DNA of 64,000 nt from Candidatus Micrarchaeota archaeon. GTDB lineage: Archaea; Micrarchaeota; Micrarchaeia; Micrarchaeales; CABMGC01. The position numbers were made by a program, and so were the translations under genes. Under the pieces are notes generated by a model. It ran no database searches and was not told the origin of the DNA. It was given only the letters and a program-made list of their open reading frames with translations. Where the stretch lies: the NCBI GenBank assembly GCA_028866835.1, contig JAGWHJ010000002.1, positions 330 to 64,329 on the forward strand, given 5' to 3'. Below are positions 26,438 through 34,835 of the stretch, piece after piece; within the stretch, counting starts at the first letter, position 1, and each line of letters starts with the position of its first letter.

Positions 26438-27130
26438 ATGAGCCACATGCCAAAATCTTCAAGGGGAAAAAGCATACTCTACGTAAGGGCAGCATCGCTC
26501 AACGACCTTTGCAGGTACTGCTCAAGGTTCGACTTCACTTCTGACAACCTCTTTGTTACCGACGGCAGTTCCGGCGCAAGGGTAATGGCTTTTGGCGAGA
26601 GCATAGGGAAGACAACAATAGCGTATTACGTTGACATGGATGCGAGGAGCAGGCTCATCAAGTACACGCTCCCCACATCAGCACAGGGCTCCGAGCGTTA
26701 CTCGTTCGTGAGCAACGCAGAGGAGCAGCCCGGCAACTACCTTAATGTCATAGGCATCGACATGCATAGGTTCGGCAAGGCGAAGAGCCTCAAGAGCGGT
26801 GAGATAAGCATAGTGATGATGAGCGATGCGCCCAGCATAATAAACGCGGTCATAAAGAAGTCGATGAGGAACGAGATGCTGCTGCATCTATATTCCTTCA
26901 AGTACAAGGACAGGACGGTCCTGTGCGGATTCGATCTCGTGGACGAGCTTGTTGACGACACAAGGATATTCTACTACGCCTTTTCCAAGCCCATAGAGCA
27001 GCCATGCTTCGCAAGGTATGACTATATAAATGACAAAGTAGACTTTACAAACACCGTAGGGGAGCACTCCTACATGTACACCAAGATAATAAACCTCGCA
27101 GAGCAGTTTCCTTTTTTCAGGCCCGAATAG
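26438..27130 (+). CDS. hypothetical cytoplasmic 230-aa protein
   Basis: ORF track. Start abuts the preceding stop (TAGATG). Its last 10 nt overlap the tRNA-Asn 5' end. Confidence 0.5.
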   Translation: MSHMPKSSRGKSILYVRAASLNDLCRYCSRFDFTSDNLFVTDGSSGARVMAFGESIGKTTIAYYVDMDARSRLIKYTLPTSAQGSERYSFVSNAEEQPGNYLNVIGIDMHRFGKAKSLKSGEISIVMMSDAPSIINAVIKKSMRNEMLLHLYSFKYKDRTVLCGFDLVDELVDDTRIFYYAFSKPIEQPCFARYDYINDKVDFTNTVGEHSYMYTKIINLAEQFPFFRPE

Positions 27131-27192
27131 CTCAGTGGTAGAGCGTCTGGCTGTTAACCAGAAAGTCGCAGGTTCGATCCCTGCTTCGGGCG
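27121..27192 (+). tRNA. tRNA-Asn(GTT): tRNA-Asn (anticodon GTT), no encoded CCA
   Basis: Folded by hand: acceptor GCCCGAA/TTCGGGC, D arm GCTC-AGTGGTA-GAGC, anticodon arm TCTGG-CTGTTAA-CCAGA, T arm GCAGG-TTCGATC-CCTGC, discriminator G. Confidence 0.9.
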
Positions 27193-27212
27193 ATGCACTT
27201 CAAGGTAGACCC
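27182..27212 (+). repeat. repeat family copy R0: tRNA-Asn 3' end plus trailer (3' module only)
   Basis: TGCTTCGGGCGATGCaCTTCAAGGTAGACCC. Same string as the 3' module of R2, R3, R4 and R6. Confidence 0.8.
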
Positions 27213-27219
27213 CCGCTCC

Positions 27220-27227
27220 TTTTATAA
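27220..27227 (+). promoter_or_regulatory. TATA-box-like TTTTATAA, 25-32 nt before GTG 27252
   Basis: Spacing fits an archaeal leaderless promoter. Confidence 0.35.
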
Positions 27228-27251
27228 TCAAACTACACAAGGATACTGATT

Positions 27252-27704
27252 GTGGTGTCGAAGCGGAGAGGCCTAAATCCAGCGCTTAAAGAACTCAGTA
27301 TACTGGTAGGTGGCTGGGACATGGAGTTATCCAATGCTGCATTCTTGCCAAATCCCAAAGCAAAAGTTCATGGGCCTGCCTCATTCAAATGGATAGAGGA
27401 TGGTGCCTATCTAGTCGCATATCAAGGGGCCAAAGGCGCACCGCAGTCTAGATGGCTGATAGGGCGTGACGAAGCGACAGGCCAATACAAGGTCGTTTAT
27501 TTTGACTCCAGGGGGGTATCTAGGATCTATGACATGAGCTTTAAGAAAGGGGTTTGGAAGATGTGGAGAAATGCACCGGATCTACCGCAAAGCTTCAGGG
27601 GCGTTTTCAAGGGCAGAAACACGATAATCGCAGAATGGAAGACCGCAAAAGATGGGAGGCATTTAAAACACGATTTTGATATGAAATATACAAGGAAAAA
27701 GTGA
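27252..27704 (+). CDS. DUF1579-like / lipocalin-like small protein
   Basis: LKELSILVGGW start and an all-beta pattern typical of the family. GTG start. Confidence 0.45.
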   Translation: MVSKRRGLNPALKELSILVGGWDMELSNAAFLPNPKAKVHGPASFKWIEDGAYLVAYQGAKGAPQSRWLIGRDEATGQYKVVYFDSRGVSRIYDMSFKKGVWKMWRNAPDLPQSFRGVFKGRNTIIAEWKTAKDGRHLKHDFDMKYTRKK

Positions 27705-27714
27705 ATTTTAAGAG

Positions 27715-27770
27715 CTTCCTTGTCGGGATGCGCCTAGCGAACATCTTGTGCATCAGGCGTAGAGTTCTTG
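27715..27770 (+). repeat. repeat family copy R1 (diverged)
   Basis: CTTCCTTGTCGGGATGCGCCTAGCGAACATCTTGTGCATCAGGCG...TTCTTGAC. Confidence 0.65.
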
Positions 27771-27813
27771 ACGCTAGAAGTAATTTGCCATCTTGGTGGT
27801 GTAACATAACAGA

Positions 27814-28407
27814 CTACCCACCAACAGTTCCTGTCTTAACTTCCCCAGCTCGCTTGTAATTCGCCATGACAACGCCGCTTGGCGTGGTCGTACTCTCCGT
27901 TAGTTTGAATGTGGCCGGAATGGTGCCCTCTGCAAATAGCTTTTGTCCTTGACCAAGCGTCAACGGATAGGTTACTAATCTGAACTCGTCAACTAAATCA
28001 TTCTTCATTAGTAGCTGGATGAGCTTGCCACTGCCCCAAACATGAAGGTCAGAACCGTTTGAATCTTTAAGTTTCTTTATATCTGTCAAATTTTTGAGGA
28101 ATGTGGTGTTCTTCCAATCTGACTTTTCCAGAGTGTTGCTCAGAACGTACTTCATGCCGTAGTTTATGCCTGGCCAGATGTCTTTGTGCTGTGGCCAGTA
28201 GCTGGCAAAAATCTCGAATGTTTTTCTGCCTAATAGATATTCTGCAGGCTGCATATTTTTTTGGAAGAAATCGCTCCCGTTGTCATTCGAAAAAGGTGCT
28301 GTCCAACCGCCATATTTGAAACCGCTTGATGTGTCTTCCTCTGGCCCGCCGGGAGCTTGCATTACCCCATCTAGCGTAATCATTGTTATGACGATTATTT
28401 TTCTCAT
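27814..28407 (-). CDS. dihydrofolate reductase-like (RibD C-terminal domain) family protein
   Basis: MRKIIVITMITLDGVMQAPGGPEED...GGW; VWGSGKLIQ. Confidence 0.85.
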   Translation of the reverse strand: MRKIIVITMITLDGVMQAPGGPEEDTSSGFKYGGWTAPFSNDNGSDFFQKNMQPAEYLLGRKTFEIFASYWPQHKDIWPGINYGMKYVLSNTLEKSDWKNTTFLKNLTDIKKLKDSNGSDLHVWGSGKLIQLLMKNDLVDEFRLVTYPLTLGQGQKLFAEGTIPATFKLTESTTTPSGVVMANYKRAGEVKTGTVGG

Positions 28408-28455
28408 GTTTATCGACTTTTATTTAAGTTATTTAAACTTAGTTATTTATTAGGT

Positions 28456-28512
28456 TTCTTGTCGGAGATGTGCCTGACGCACATCTTGTGCTTCGGGCGA
28501 TGCCCTTCAGGT
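28456..28512 (+). repeat. repeat family copy R2 (best-preserved core)
   Basis: TTCTTGTCGGAGATGTGCCTGACGCACATCTTGTGCTTCGGGCGATGCCCTTCAGGT. Confidence 0.85.
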
Positions 28513-28541
28513 TCTGCTCCCGCTTAGTGAAAGTTGCTGCG

Positions 28542-31500
28542 CTATGTGCACTCAAAGCCGCCATAGCTGCAGGATATTGTAGTAGGGCAGGCTGAAGGGC
28601 ATGTGTACCCTGCTATTACAACCTTGTAGCATGTGTTGCATGCATAGTATCCTTGCTGCACAGTAGTGGTTGATGAAGACGACGTGCTTGTTGTTGAGGT
28701 GGATGTGGAGACAGTGGAAGTTGACGTTGAAGTTGTACTGCTTACACTGCCGTATATGGGTATGGCAACATGTGTCACTGCGCCGGCCGCGACATTAACG
28801 TAGTTGGTGCTGTTTGTTATGTTGTTATACGTTGCATCCACCTCATAGTTACCTGGCACTACGGTGTATCCGCTGTCGTATTCGCCGTTTGAGCCGGTGT
28901 ACCATCCACTATAAACCTGCCCACCAGGAGAGAATGCACGTACCTGGGCACCTCCAGCAGGCGCACCGTTGTAGTGGACGGTTACGTTAAGCGCACCGTA
29001 TCCTGAGCCGCCATTTATCGTTGTTGTCGTTGAAGTGGATGTAGCGGTGGTAGTGGTAGAACCAATGCTGCCGTTCATGGATACATAGATCACCAAAGGC
29101 ACTGTCACATTATAGGTTGCATTGGGGGTTGCCATGCTTGCGGTAATTTTGGCTACATATACACCTTTGCGCACTCCTCCGCCAAGCGATATCCGTAGTG
29201 CTGTAGAATCATAAAGTGTCTTGGTGTTTGCAGGTGCTGGATCTGGCATGAATACGGCGATGGTGTTTACAGGGCTATCGCCGATATAGCGCAGAGTCAT
29301 GTTTGCTGCATAGGGAGTTAATGGGATGCACGGCAGCGACCTGTTGAGCCCTATGTTGAACGAATTGCACAGCCTTACCGTGATGTTATCTGTAAACGAG
29401 GTCGGGGTGTTGGGAGCTGCATGCATTGTGCTGTTTGTCAGGCTTACGTTAAGCGTAGTAACCGGATAGCTGCCTGAAAAGACCACCACCGGTATGCTGT
29501 AGGTCCAATAGGCGTAGCCTGCGCCGAGCAGGGGTGGGAAGGGCCCACCCGCAGCACCAACCAGCGGAGTAAAGTTCAGGTGGTATATGCCTTGCGTGTT
29601 GCCTGTGTGCCAGACGAAGTCAGCGCCAGCAGCATTGTTGGTCAGGCCAAGAGCATAGCCTTTCATGTTGCCGCAGGCAGTCTGATTATTGTACCCGTTG
29701 AACCATCTGGTGCACAGCGTGCCGTTTGAAGGTGACGGATATGTGCCGCTCACCGAGCCAGAGTCTGTGCGCAAGCCCAGAATGACACCACTCGCAAGCA
29801 GCCCCTGCTGGGCATACAGCATCGTGAGGTTTACCGGCATTGCGCTGTTGATAGGCGCTGCACCATACGGATACGTCGCTGGCCACGAAATGTTGTAAAC
29901 GAAGATGCCCAACGTCTGCACGAGCACATCCGTAGGGCCGTTGACGCAGGCAGGATTTGGTCCAGCTATGAGCGCGTATCCGGGCTTGTACGCATTCACC
30001 TTGTAGCAGCCCCCTGCGAGCACGGGGGTAACAAGCTGGCCGTTCGTTCCAGTGATGTTCGAGTAGGCCGTCTGTCCGTTTGGGCCGACAAGCGAAACTG
30101 TCACGCCGGCAATGCCGTTGCTGGGGCCTCCGGCACCAAAGCCCCCTCCAAAGCCCGTATATATTGTTACGGTGCCAGGCGCGCTGCTGCTCGTGTAGAC
30201 TGCCTGCGCCTGTGTGGGGCCCACTATCTGGAAGGTCGCATCGGACGTGTTGAACGTCTGGTGGAACTGCGTTGTGCCTACCTCAGAATACACACTCCAG
30301 TAGCTGAAGTAATACGTTTTGGATTGCGTCCTCACAACCTTCGGTGCGGTCAGCGTTACCGGGTCGAACAGTGCGTAGTAATTCTTCCCAGGCCCCACAG
30401 CGGTGCTTGAGCCATTCACCGCACGCATACCCGGCGGCAATGTTGACGATTCGTTCATTAGCGCATATATCGCATAATCAAAAAAGGCACCGCAGTAGCC
30501 AGCACCGCATGCATATGACACAGACGCATTGGTACTGTTGTATCCTGTAAAGTTGCCGAACGGTGTTTCTTCATAAGGAGTTGAGAACACCTCAACGCTT
30601 GCATTCATAAGCAAGGCATTCTGCGAAGTAGTCGTGATGTTGTACTGGAAGAGGCCTCCGGTATTGAGGTTGGATCCGCCAGGCCCCCAGTTCCACCACG
30701 TAACGGGGTCTATTGGGCTAAGGGGTCCACCCGTCCCGGTCATTGAAGGCGGAATCGGGCTTCCAGTGCCGGTAAAGCCGTACTGCACACTTGGTATCTC
30801 TTGATACGGCAACTGCGGGTTAAGTCCGGAGGCAGCCCAGCCTTCGGTGTCTATGCAGTCTTCAGCCCAAAGACAGTCTCCTGTGCCAAGGTTCCACTGG
30901 GGCGCCTGCGGCGGCGTCATCCCATACTGGAGCATTGGCATAGCAAAATATTCTCCGATGCACAACGACGTGCCATCGGGCGGCGGTGGCGGAGGGAAGC
31001 AGAGCGAGGCGCTCATCGGAAGACCCTGCCCCGAAGAGTTCCCTCCGATTCCAAATCCGAGCGGCAGCGGAGCCCAGTATACCAGATATGCAAACTGCTC
31101 GTAGTAAGTGTAGTTGCTAAGCCACTTATCATAAGGGCCAAGCTCGTAGGAGCCGTCAAGGTAGGCATCCAGTATCGGATCGTTTGACGCCTTTTTCAGG
31201 TTGCTGATCGTGTTGGTTCCATTGAAGTTGATGAACTTGACGCCCATCTGTTTTGGTGCGTACACAGGCCTTCTTTCAAAGAAGGTTAGAAGCGCAGCCG
31301 ATAGCGTGCTGCTGTTCTCATAACCGATGAGCAGAAATACCGTCTGCCCAGCTGCCCATATGTCCTTTCTGCTTATTATTACCCCTTTGGTGTGGTTCAG
31401 TGCGCTGTTCAGTGCAGTGGAATTCAGCACCATCCCTGCAATCTGCAGGTATGCCGGCTCACTCCTGTTCGCCACGATCACTATGAAAGATGATTTTCCT

Positions 31501-31766
31501 ACAGTGCTGAAGTTCGAAGAGTTGGCATACAGGAAATTGTAATCCTGCTCGGCAAGGCCGGCAAACTTGCTGTTGTTCGCAAGCACCCCTGAAGGCGCAA
31601 CCAATGCAAACGACGCTGTTCCAAGGTGCGCATAGGGATCTGCTCCGCTAAGATTCTCTATCTGGGACGTACCAGGCGATCTCGTGGCTAGTAGGAACAC
31701 AGCAACTATGGCCAACACTACTACAGCTACCAGAACAATGACATAGCCTGACCTTTTCTTGGCCAT
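28542..31766 (-). CDS. 1074-aa N-terminally anchored surface glycoprotein with carboxypeptidase-regulatory-like domains and Cys-rich C-terminus
   Basis: MAKKRSGYVIVLVAVVVLAIVAV anchor, dozens of N-x-S/T sequons. GVTVSLVGPNGQ...CYKVNAYKPGY and VTVHYNG...NYEVDATY are CarboxypepD_reg-like. Ser/Thr linker, then 7 Cys in the last 35 aa. Confidence 0.8.
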   Translation of the reverse strand: MAKKRSGYVIVLVAVVVLAIVAVFLLATRSPGTSQIENLSGADPYAHLGTASFALVAPSGVLANNSKFAGLAEQDYNFLYANSSNFSTVGKSSFIVIVANRSEPAYLQIAGMVLNSTALNSALNHTKGVIISRKDIWAAGQTVFLLIGYENSSTLSAALLTFFERRPVYAPKQMGVKFINFNGTNTISNLKKASNDPILDAYLDGSYELGPYDKWLSNYTYYEQFAYLVYWAPLPLGFGIGGNSSGQGLPMSASLCFPPPPPPDGTSLCIGEYFAMPMLQYGMTPPQAPQWNLGTGDCLWAEDCIDTEGWAASGLNPQLPYQEIPSVQYGFTGTGSPIPPSMTGTGGPLSPIDPVTWWNWGPGGSNLNTGGLFQYNITTTSQNALLMNASVEVFSTPYEETPFGNFTGYNSTNASVSYACGAGYCGAFFDYAIYALMNESSTLPPGMRAVNGSSTAVGPGKNYYALFDPVTLTAPKVVRTQSKTYYFSYWSVYSEVGTTQFHQTFNTSDATFQIVGPTQAQAVYTSSSAPGTVTIYTGFGGGFGAGGPSNGIAGVTVSLVGPNGQTAYSNITGTNGQLVTPVLAGGCYKVNAYKPGYALIAGPNPACVNGPTDVLVQTLGIFVYNISWPATYPYGAAPINSAMPVNLTMLYAQQGLLASGVILGLRTDSGSVSGTYPSPSNGTLCTRWFNGYNNQTACGNMKGYALGLTNNAAGADFVWHTGNTQGIYHLNFTPLVGAAGGPFPPLLGAGYAYWTYSIPVVVFSGSYPVTTLNVSLTNSTMHAAPNTPTSFTDNITVRLCNSFNIGLNRSLPCIPLTPYAANMTLRYIGDSPVNTIAVFMPDPAPANTKTLYDSTALRISLGGGVRKGVYVAKITASMATPNATYNVTVPLVIYVSMNGSIGSTTTTATSTSTTTTINGGSGYGALNVTVHYNGAPAGGAQVRAFSPGGQVYSGWYTGSNGEYDSGYTVVPGNYEVDATYNNITNSTNYVNVAAGAVTHVAIPIYGSVSSTTSTSTSTVSTSTSTTSTSSSSTTTVQQGYYACNTCYKVVIAGYTCPSACPTTISCSYGGFECT

Positions 31767-31863
31767 CGGTACATCCCCCTCCGCCGCAATATTAAAATAC
31801 ATCCAGATTATTATTTAAATTACCATATGTTATTTACCTCTATCAATATAGCAAAAGGGCCCT

Positions 31864-31941
31864 AAAATCAAGTCATTTAAAAGTTCTTTGCCGGAGCTGT
31901 GCCTGACGCGCATCTTGTGCTCCGGGCGATGCGCTTCAAGT
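31864..31941 (+). repeat. repeat family copy R3 (with A-rich 5' module)
   Basis: AAAATCAAGTCATTTAAAAGTTCTTTGCCGGAGCTGTGCCTGACGCGCATCTTGTGCTCCGGGCGATGCGCTTCAAGT. Confidence 0.85.
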
Positions 31942-31960
31942 ACGACTCCACAGCCAAATG

Positions 31961-31968
31961 TTTTTAAA
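31961..31968 (+). promoter_or_regulatory. TATA-box-like TTTTTAAA, 20-27 nt before ATG 31988
   Basis: Spacing fits a leaderless promoter. Lies just 3' of repeat R3. Confidence 0.35.
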
Positions 31969-31987
31969 CAGTAATTTCCTTTAAATT

Positions 31988-34177
31988 ATGGGTCATATGT
32001 CTCGTTTCAGTTTTTTATTGCCAGCGTTATTAATTGTCTTTACATTATCCATTTCCGGCATCTCCTACTCACAACAGGCGTCTTTCACCGTAACGGCAGT
32101 GAACCCAATAGTGTATACAAACACTTCCACACAAAATGCACGGTTCTATTTTAACATAACAAATACAGGAAGCTCGCTGGACTACATCACAATACTGAGA
32201 AGCCAGATGGACATCTCTGGGCCGCTGGGAAGCGGTGAGGCGCTTGGCGTCTCGTCGCCTGAGTTCGGAAGGTCATTAGGGCCCGGAGTCACTGGGCAGA
32301 TGATGGTTATAGTACAATGGACCGGATTGCAGAACTCTCCAGCCGGGGCGGTACAGCTTGGCAATTACACAATATCAGTGCCCTTCAAGTCAGAGGCGTC
32401 CGGTAGCATAGAGACTGTCAAGGTACGAGTTGTGGCAAACAAAGATACCGGCGAATACGAGCCTGATACAAACATAAACATAACTCCCGCCGAGCATTCG
32501 GTAGGCAACGTTTCCGTAACACAGTATAGCATCCCGGACTCGATTTGGACGCTTGGAGGATCGAGTAACCTAAATGTTATGGCAACCGCACCCATGAATC
32601 ACGGCGGGGGAGCAACAAAAGGTGCTGGCACTGGTGAGATAACAACCGGCGGATCCTTTTACGGCATAGTTAACGGCAAGGTAAGCTGGAATTACACCTT
32701 TCCAAGTCCCTCACCATTTGTAACAGCGAGCAACGCATCGCAATGGCAGGCAACCGATACCTACATAAGCGTATCAAATGATGGGAAATATGCTGCTGGA
32801 ATGGACTGGAACGGATGGCTATACCTGTTCAACGCAACAAGCGGCAAGGTGCTCTGGTCCACAAACAGGAGTCAGGACGTAAACCCGCTTTACCCGCCAA
32901 ACAGCAAGCTAGGCGTCGGTTTCCTGACAAGCGGGGCAACGGCGTTCAGCTCTGATGACAGGCTCGTGGCAGCGGCGGGTACCGATGGGGATCTTGTAAT
33001 GTTCAATACCACAACAGGACAGGCACGTTGGTCAAAGCCCTTCTCTGCGGAGATAAGGGCATTGGCTTTCACCAGCGACGGCAAGCTGGCTGTTGGCTCC
33101 GGAGACTGGCATTTGTACCTTTTGAATGCGACTACAGGTGCCACCGTATGGAAGGCAAACGATTATTTCTGGCCGTTCTTCTTCATCGCAATTAACCAGA
33201 ATTCATCACTGATAGGCAGTGGCGGAAAGGACAGCGAGTTCAATGTATGGAATTTGAGCACTGGCCAGTTGAAGTTCCATGAGAATTACACCGGTGCGAG
33301 CGTAGGGTTTGTATCAGGGGGAGGAATAGCAAACAATGGCGATTTCATGGCGAGCATGTGGAGCGGTGGCAACGGCGTGTTCTATTACAACAAATACGGG
33401 CAACTGCTCTGGAAGCACAGCATAAACGGCGCTGTGGCGGCCATTGCGCAGGATGGAAATTACACGCTAGTGTCAGGGTACAATCCGGTTTCCAACGAAA
33501 ATTACATCTATCTTCTTGACAATACTGGCTCGGTCATATGGAACTACACTCCAAACACGCAGACCTCATGTCTGTCAACCATAAGCCCGTTCCCAAGGGT
33601 GCAGCCTAAGTTCGTTAGGCTTTACGAATCACCAAACCACAGAACTCTCATAGGCGCTGTTGCATGCATAGGTGGCACGGTATTCTACCTCAAAATACCA
33701 GTATACAATACCCCTCCTTCGACACCTAATCCGAACAACAACGGTGGCTTGGGATTCGGGAATGGAAACGCACAGCCGCAGCCACCTCTGCCGAACGGCG
33801 GCAAGCTTAATGGCAGCAATGGGACTCTTCCTCCATGCACGCAGAACTGCGCTGCTGGCGGGAGTGTCAATACTACAAACTCTACACGGCCCCCTCAGCC
33901 TAATGGTGCCGGCAACGGCAATCTCCCCCCATGTACGCAACACTGTGCCGTTGGTGGAAGTTCAGGAACCACAACCCCTACTCCAGGCAATGCAACTGCA
34001 GTTAATGGCCAACCAACAGCACCATCCACGATGGCACCTGCCGGTCCGCAACCAACAGTCCAGCCAAACACCACAGAACAAACCACTATAGCTCAAAATT
34101 CCTCCGGCACGCAAAGTCAACCTTCTATATGGAATCAGATAGTAAACTTCTTAGAAAACCTCTTTAAGGGTCTGTAG
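31988..34177 (+). CDS. secreted PQQ-like beta-propeller repeat protein with low-complexity, Cys-motif C-terminus
   Basis: Signal peptide. Repeated LYLFNATSGKVLWS / LVMFNTTTGQARWS / LYLLNATTGATVWK blades. P/N/G/T-rich tail. Confidence 0.8.
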   Translation: MGHMSRFSFLLPALLIVFTLSISGISYSQQASFTVTAVNPIVYTNTSTQNARFYFNITNTGSSLDYITILRSQMDISGPLGSGEALGVSSPEFGRSLGPGVTGQMMVIVQWTGLQNSPAGAVQLGNYTISVPFKSEASGSIETVKVRVVANKDTGEYEPDTNINITPAEHSVGNVSVTQYSIPDSIWTLGGSSNLNVMATAPMNHGGGATKGAGTGEITTGGSFYGIVNGKVSWNYTFPSPSPFVTASNASQWQATDTYISVSNDGKYAAGMDWNGWLYLFNATSGKVLWSTNRSQDVNPLYPPNSKLGVGFLTSGATAFSSDDRLVAAAGTDGDLVMFNTTTGQARWSKPFSAEIRALAFTSDGKLAVGSGDWHLYLLNATTGATVWKANDYFWPFFFIAINQNSSLIGSGGKDSEFNVWNLSTGQLKFHENYTGASVGFVSGGGIANNGDFMASMWSGGNGVFYYNKYGQLLWKHSINGAVAAIAQDGNYTLVSGYNPVSNENYIYLLDNTGSVIWNYTPNTQTSCLSTISPFPRVQPKFVRLYESPNHRTLIGAVACIGGTVFYLKIPVYNTPPSTPNPNNNGGLGFGNGNAQPQPPLPNGGKLNGSNGTLPPCTQNCAAGGSVNTTNSTRPPQPNGAGNGNLPPCTQHCAVGGSSGTTTPTPGNATAVNGQPTAPSTMAPAGPQPTVQPNTTEQTTIAQNSSGTQSQPSIWNQIVNFLENLFKGL

Positions 34178-34194
34178 TAATCTAGAATCTGTCA

Positions 34195-34274
34195 AAAAAT
34201 CAAGTTATTCGGAACTTCCTTGTCTGATATGCGCCTGACGCACATCTTGCGCTTCGGGCGATGCGCTTCAAGGT
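34195..34274 (+). repeat. repeat family copy R4 (with A-rich 5' module)
   Basis: AAAAATCAAGTTATTCGGAACTTCCTTGTCTGATATGCGCCTGACGCACATCTTGCGCTTCGGGCGATGCGCTTCAAGGT. Its last 7 nt overlap the stop of the 34268 gene. Confidence 0.85.
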
Positions 34275-34681
34275 CTACTCTGCTCGAGATATTTTTTAAG
34301 CCCATCTAGCATCATCTTCCATCCCTGCTCATTATGCTGCAGAGCCTCCTGTGTAGGGTTGTTTGTCTGGGATAGGGACACCAAGGTACGTGCTCCACTG
34401 CTGGCCAATTCCACCGTGACTATGTGATAACTCTCAGGTGCATCGGGTAACCCAGTTAGCGGGCTGAAGTGGCTGTATCTAATGAGGCGCTCAGGAACAA
34501 GCTTCAGTATTTTTCCTTTGTCTTCGTATTTTTTACCATTCCATTCCCCTCTCCATACAATAGAACTTCCCTCCCTCCATTCTGATACTGCGTCGGCGCC
34601 AAGCATGTACTTCTTGATTGCCTTTGGGTTAGTCAGAGCATCCCAAACTCTCTCTATAGGTGCATTAACCTCAATTTGCAC
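34268..34681 (-). CDS. SRPBCC-superfamily (AHSA1-like) protein
   Basis: IEVNAPIERVWDALTNPKAIKKY... Confidence 0.8.
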   Translation of the reverse strand: MQIEVNAPIERVWDALTNPKAIKKYMLGADAVSEWREGSSIVWRGEWNGKKYEDKGKILKLVPERLIRYSHFSPLTGLPDAPESYHIVTVELASSGARTLVSLSQTNNPTQEALQHNEQGWKMMLDGLKKYLEQSRP

Positions 34682-34750
34682 TTTTACAATAAGATCCTTG
34701 TCTGAGTTTGCCGTGTAATCACAAATATATGTTTAAGCCCTTACTTATAT

Positions 34751-34776
34751 CTCTTTGCCGGAGATGTGCCTGACGC
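34751..34776 (+). repeat. repeat family copy R5 (5' half only, truncated after CCTGACGC)
   Basis: CTCTTTGCCGGAGATGTGCCTGACGC, then unrelated sequence. Confidence 0.7.
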
Positions 34777-34810
34777 TATTAAAATAGTCCAGGCCAACGT
34801 AACATTTTTA

Positions 34811-34833
34811 TATATATCATAATATGATATATA
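34811..34833. promoter_or_regulatory. perfect 10-bp inverted repeat TATATATCAT-aat-ATGATATATA over the TATA/start region of the PadR-TRASH gene (candidate operator)
   Basis: Read directly. Overlaps TTTTTATA (34805-34812) and ends 3 nt before ATG 34836. Confidence 0.5.
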
Positions 34834-34835
34834 CT

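Noticed and set aside
26438-27130. 230-aa ORF as a divergent PCNA/sliding clamp
   Set aside because: Length and beta-rich pattern are compatible, but I can only compare against a sequence remembered imprecisely. No motif can be asserted without a profile search.
28542-34177. Diversity-generating retroelement targeting the giant surface proteins
   Set aside because: No reverse transcriptase ORF is present, and I found no template/variable repeat pair with A-specific differences in or near these genes.
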